The notes beneath the pieces were generated by a model that saw only the letters and a list, made by a program, of their open reading frames with translations, was not told the origin of the DNA and did no database searches. DNA of 64,000 nucleotides, taken from positions 674,856 through 738,855 of the forward strand of contig MU008176.1 of NCBI GenBank assembly GCA_010909165.1. Direction: 5' to 3'. Source of the DNA: Anthoceros angustus. Taxonomy: Eukaryota; Plantae; Anthocerotophyta. The translations under genes and the position numbers were made by a program. Below are positions 60,095 through 64,000 of this stretch, in pieces. Each line of letters starts with the position of its first letter. Within the stretch, counting starts at the first letter, position 1.

Positions 60095-61203
60095 ATCTAA
60101 CAAACCGATTGCACCTGTTCCTGCATCAAAGAACTTGCACAGGAGCTGCCGTTGTGTCAGTATATTGATCAAGTAGTTTACCTCAACCCATGGCTTGTAA
60201 CTCTATAACACGTTTCAATTGTATCGCGGGATAGTAAGGGCTGATTTTGCCATTTGCCTATAATCAGCAACCCACGGTGGTGCCACTGGGTATGTTCAAA
60301 TCCCTCGTGGTCGTGGCCTACCTGGCATCCGCTTTCCGCCGGCCGGGCCGTCTATGGGCGTGTACATTTGGCGTACACTGTACACAAGTCGAATTTCAAA
60401 TCAGTGGATCTCACTGTTGCGGGATTGGACGGACGTCCATATCGCCGTCCGCGGCGGGCCCTTCTTTCAAATTACATAAAGACGCACACCGGGGAGAAAG
60501 CTGCTCAATCCCGGTCTCCTGTGCTCCAGGCGAAGGTCTCATGCTTTCAGCTGCAGCTCTTTCCTGAAACACGTTGTCTTGGTTGCAGCACTCCAAACAG
60601 ATGTTTAGTTCCCCTGTGCTTTGATCTGACCTGAAGGAGGTCTGCATTTGGTTGTGAACACTGTCGCACGTTTTCTTCACCTACCTGCGAGTTTTGCCTT
60701 GTGGGATCCTGGGGGTACGCGCTCAACGGAGCAGGATGGCGTTCATCATTTTCCTTATCCAGGTCATTCCATCCGATCTTGGTGCTGCGGGTGCTCTCGT
60801 CTTCACGGATCACAATGAGTTGATTCTTCCATCACAGAGGACGACAGGGTTGTTCTGATGAGTATGTGGTTTCGGAAGGGGCGAACTTAGGGGAGGCTGT
60901 GTCTGGGGAATTGATCTGACTGAGGATCCAAAAATGTTCAAATTTCTGCCTCAGCCCGCGTTAGTGTAGAGAGGGTGAAACTCTGCTGCAGCAGGGGAGA
61001 CCTACATTCCCTCCAGAATCTTGCAGTTTTGAGTCAGTTGATTTGAAGGACGAAGGACTCTTCTGTAGTGAACATCACCGCAGCCTAGTGTACAGATTTC
61101 TACATGATTCTGCAGGACCCTTCTGGAGGGGTAGGAGCGATTGTTTGGGGGCTTCTGTCTGAGTGTGTTGCATCGCCTGTTAAGCTGTGGAGTGACTGGC
61201 AAC

Positions 61204-63354
61204 ATGGTGATCAGTCAGGTGCGAGCAGTTTGAATCCCCTCCGCTTTTTAGTGTTGTTTTGATTTGAGTCACGCGGGCCTGTACTTGTACTGGCTGGAGA
61301 CTCTGTCCGGAATTTGAGAGCTATCACCCTTTTCCTTCGAGCTGGAGCCTGTGATTTTCCTCTTTTTTGGTCCAATGGACTCTCTTCATCTCGCGAGTGA
61401 AGTGAGTGGTGTGTTGAAGCTTTCAGAGGGCTTGAGGATTTGGCTTTCCGTCTCCTGCGTATCTCTATTGTGACAGGATTGTTGACTGTAGGTAGCCAGT
61501 CATTCTCAAGAGAAGTGTACAGTATCTGAGAAGCACAAGCCTTTGGTCCACTATGTGAGAGAGCACGGGAAGGTTGCAGTCAGAAATTGTGAACCAGATA
61601 CCTTCAATCCTTTTCATTCAACAGTGGTCTGGAGTCCCCTCTTTGAAGGTTTCCGTCCTTCTAACATGTATGGGCTAAACCGGATTCCCTCGGGAAAGTT
61701 TTCTTCTGATGGAGAGCTTCCAGCTGGATGGAAAAGCGCAGAGCAGAAGATCTGTCAACTGATCTCTGGTGAATCAGACGTGAAGACTCCTCGAGGGCTC
61801 ATCGCATTCCCAATCAGAAGGCAGTACAAAAGCAGTTCAGATGAGGAGCACTCCCAGCGGAATGCTGGAAGCGAGCATTGGAAGTCAGGAGCAGGACGAA
61901 AGTTATATGATGACCTGTCCGAAGTCAGGGAAAGCAGCAGTAGTGACAACAGTGAAGTCTCTCAAGCTACGCGCAGGAGGTTTTCTCACAGAACCGCTTC
62001 TTCAAGTAGCTCCGCTCCACTTACAAACAATCCAGTCACAGAAAATGGAAACCTCCCCACTCAATCAGGTTGCTCGACAGAGACAAGCAACGGGTCTTTC
62101 GTTTGCAATGAAGGTAGTAAGCGGAAGCTTGTGTTTTTAGCTGCGCTTTGGGCAAGCATTATGTGAACTAGCATGACATGGTTTATGTCTCTGCATGTTC
62201 CAGGTAACTCACTTGCGGATTCTTGGAGGGTGCGTCCAACTGAAGGAGGGCACTTCACATTCACCAGTCGTAGGGCCAACAAGGACAGTGCGGTATCACC
62301 CACCCCACTAGTTGCGAGTGAAAACTTTGACGGCAAACTTAGCGGCACATGCAGCACGGGGATTGGAGGCATTGGTCGTGGAAGGATCGTAAGGAGCCAT
62401 GCTGGCAAGGAGAATGAAAAACCAGCGTATCTGAAACCTGAGGAGGGTAGCCACTCGTATGAGACTTGGGAAAAGCTCGCAGTCCGTACAGAAGGAGAGA
62501 AAAGAAAGGATGGAAAAGTCAGAAGTAAGGTTCAGTCCTCAGGTGACTCTTCTGTAGGAGAGACGGCTGCTGGTTTTTTAGTGAAGGATGACGTTCCTGC
62601 TCTCATGGTCGACAGCAGGTCCGAAGAGGGAGTTCCAGAGACACCGACTGAAAGACCAGTCTCTGTGGCCAGTGTCAGCTGTAGCACATTAACAGATGTG
62701 GAAAAAAACGGTGTGGGATGGCGTTCTTTACCACGTTCAAAAAACAAGAAGACTCGTCGGCGAACAAGAACCTACAGATCTGAGAGCCCAGCCGATGTAG
62801 TGGCCTGTGCAGCATCTATGATTGGAGACACGGTCCAAGCCGTGCGAAAAGTGAGAGAGGAGGCAGCCGAGCTGGCCTACCAGCTTGCTGAGTTGCATGC
62901 CAAGGATGCTAACGCCTTGCGTTCAGCAGCTATTCTGATGTGTCAACATGTTGATCAACTCCAAGACGAAGTTCAGGTGAGCGGTTGCTCCAAGTGTCTT
63001 GCTACGACGACTCTGTGAGTAATCACTCATCAAGTAACAATTTGAATGTTTGGAGCTGGTAGGAATTCCAAGACACATGGTCGACAAAGGAGCCTTCGTA
63101 TCCATGGAAAGATTTATTGCGGGAGGTCCTAGTTACAGTGAGTCTCATCTCTGGAGCACTGAGTGTCAAGACTTTGTTGAGTGCCCTTCGAAGGGCAGCA
63201 GCACAGGAAGGTAATTATTGTCCACGCCTGGGTTTTTCCGACCAGCTGAGTAATCTGATCTAGGCAGTGTACTGTGTACAACATGGTCCTCTCAACACTG
63301 CCTCCATGCTTGCAGGGTTCTGGAAGCAAACAGTCACGCGGCAGGAGAAAATGA
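61204..63354 (+). CDS. Hypothetical protein; proposed exons 61204-61218, 61492-62113, 62204-62976, 63063-63137, 63316-63354, ~507 aa
   Basis: Long open exons with GT-AG joins in frame (1524 nt), S-rich middle, predicted helical/coiled-coil end (VQAVRKVREEAAELAYQL...) and basic tail. Start and last two exons are tentative; no family recognised. Confidence 0.6.
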
Positions 63355-63454
63355 TTTTTGCCGCAGTGGTCTTGACCGTTGGTGCAAGGTTCGGAAATGG
63401 CTTGTGGAAGGGCTTGGTAAGAAGACCTTCAGAACTTCCTCTTTAAAGCAACTG

Positions 63455-64000
63455 TTAAATGTTGTGTTCCAACGAACGCTTGAATACGCTCCATTGATTG
63501 TGATCATGGCCTTGGCAGAACCAAGTCGCGTCTTCCAAGGAAAGCCGGCAACGGAAGCTTGCGGAGCAAATCAACACCATAGCCAAACGGGTCAACTTTC
63601 TCTCGGCTGTTTCCCACACCGACCCCACAGTAAGCCCTCTGCCCGCGGATGTGAACCCGTGAGCGTCTAGCCAAGTCCAATCAGGGCTGGCATCATCCGC
63701 CAGTACAGTTTGCATCGTTGCTAGTGGGATATGAAACTCTGTAAAACACAATCGACTACTATTCATGATCACTGTGTCTCTGGAGGCAGATTTAAAAGAC
63801 ATCTAGTTGTACTTCAGATGACTTCCAGTGCATAATCAGGACAGCGAAAAGATGAACACATGTTCAATCACTTTCGGAAGCTCCTTACTCCCCCACCTCC
63901 TTCACCTGCTTACTTACCTCTTCTATCATATCATGCAATTGTTTATGCCCTGGGCGACGAGAGTCGCCCACCAAAAAGTAGTGGGCTTGCCCTTCATGCG
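63455..64000 (-). CDS. 3' end of an unidentified gene running off the window; exons >=64000-63918 and 63802-63455
   Basis: Strong donor GAG|GTAAGT at 63917 after open frame HEGQAHYFLVGDSRRPGHKQLHDMIEE; TAG acceptor before ORF 63802-63455 in phase 0. Confidence 0.5.

Noticed and set aside
1-64000. rRNA, tRNA or snRNA genes
   Set aside because: No recognisable conserved sequence or cloverleaf seen by eye; a tRNAscan-SE/Infernal run would be needed to exclude divergent ones.

Overview
Eukaryotic nuclear DNA from a compact-genome land plant. A non-seed lineage such as a hornwort or other bryophyte is inferred from mostly ~80-200 bp introns, a gene every ~3 kb and a PTB-type Na+/Pi symporter. The window has two sharply separated halves. 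Bases 1 to ~36.9 kb are a transposon graveyard: a frameshifted CACTA (En/Spm) transposase with subterminal motif arrays, a frameshifted Sola-like (DUF7869-type) DDD transposase apparently split by a GC-rich intron or insert, unidentified TE ORF remnants, GC-rich minisatellites and (GGA)30. Much of 0.3-26.4 kb is serially duplicated in 0.65-2 kb blocks, several joined at microhomologies, which may be partly an assembly artefact. Bases ~37.6-64 kb are gene dense, with models that splice in frame: HAESA/HSL-like LRR-RLK, class-V aminotransferase/cysteine desulfurase-like gene with a GC-AG intron, a PiT/PTB transporter with degenerate catalytic motifs, SNAPC4/MYB4R1, intronless PAM71, RPP1, IRX10L and two unknown genes. 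No rRNA, tRNA or CRISPR was found. No clearly new multi-gene system can be demonstrated. The best leads are the altered PTB transporter, the Sola-like element, the microhomology-joined duplications and the hairpin-spacer array at 36.1-36.4 kb.
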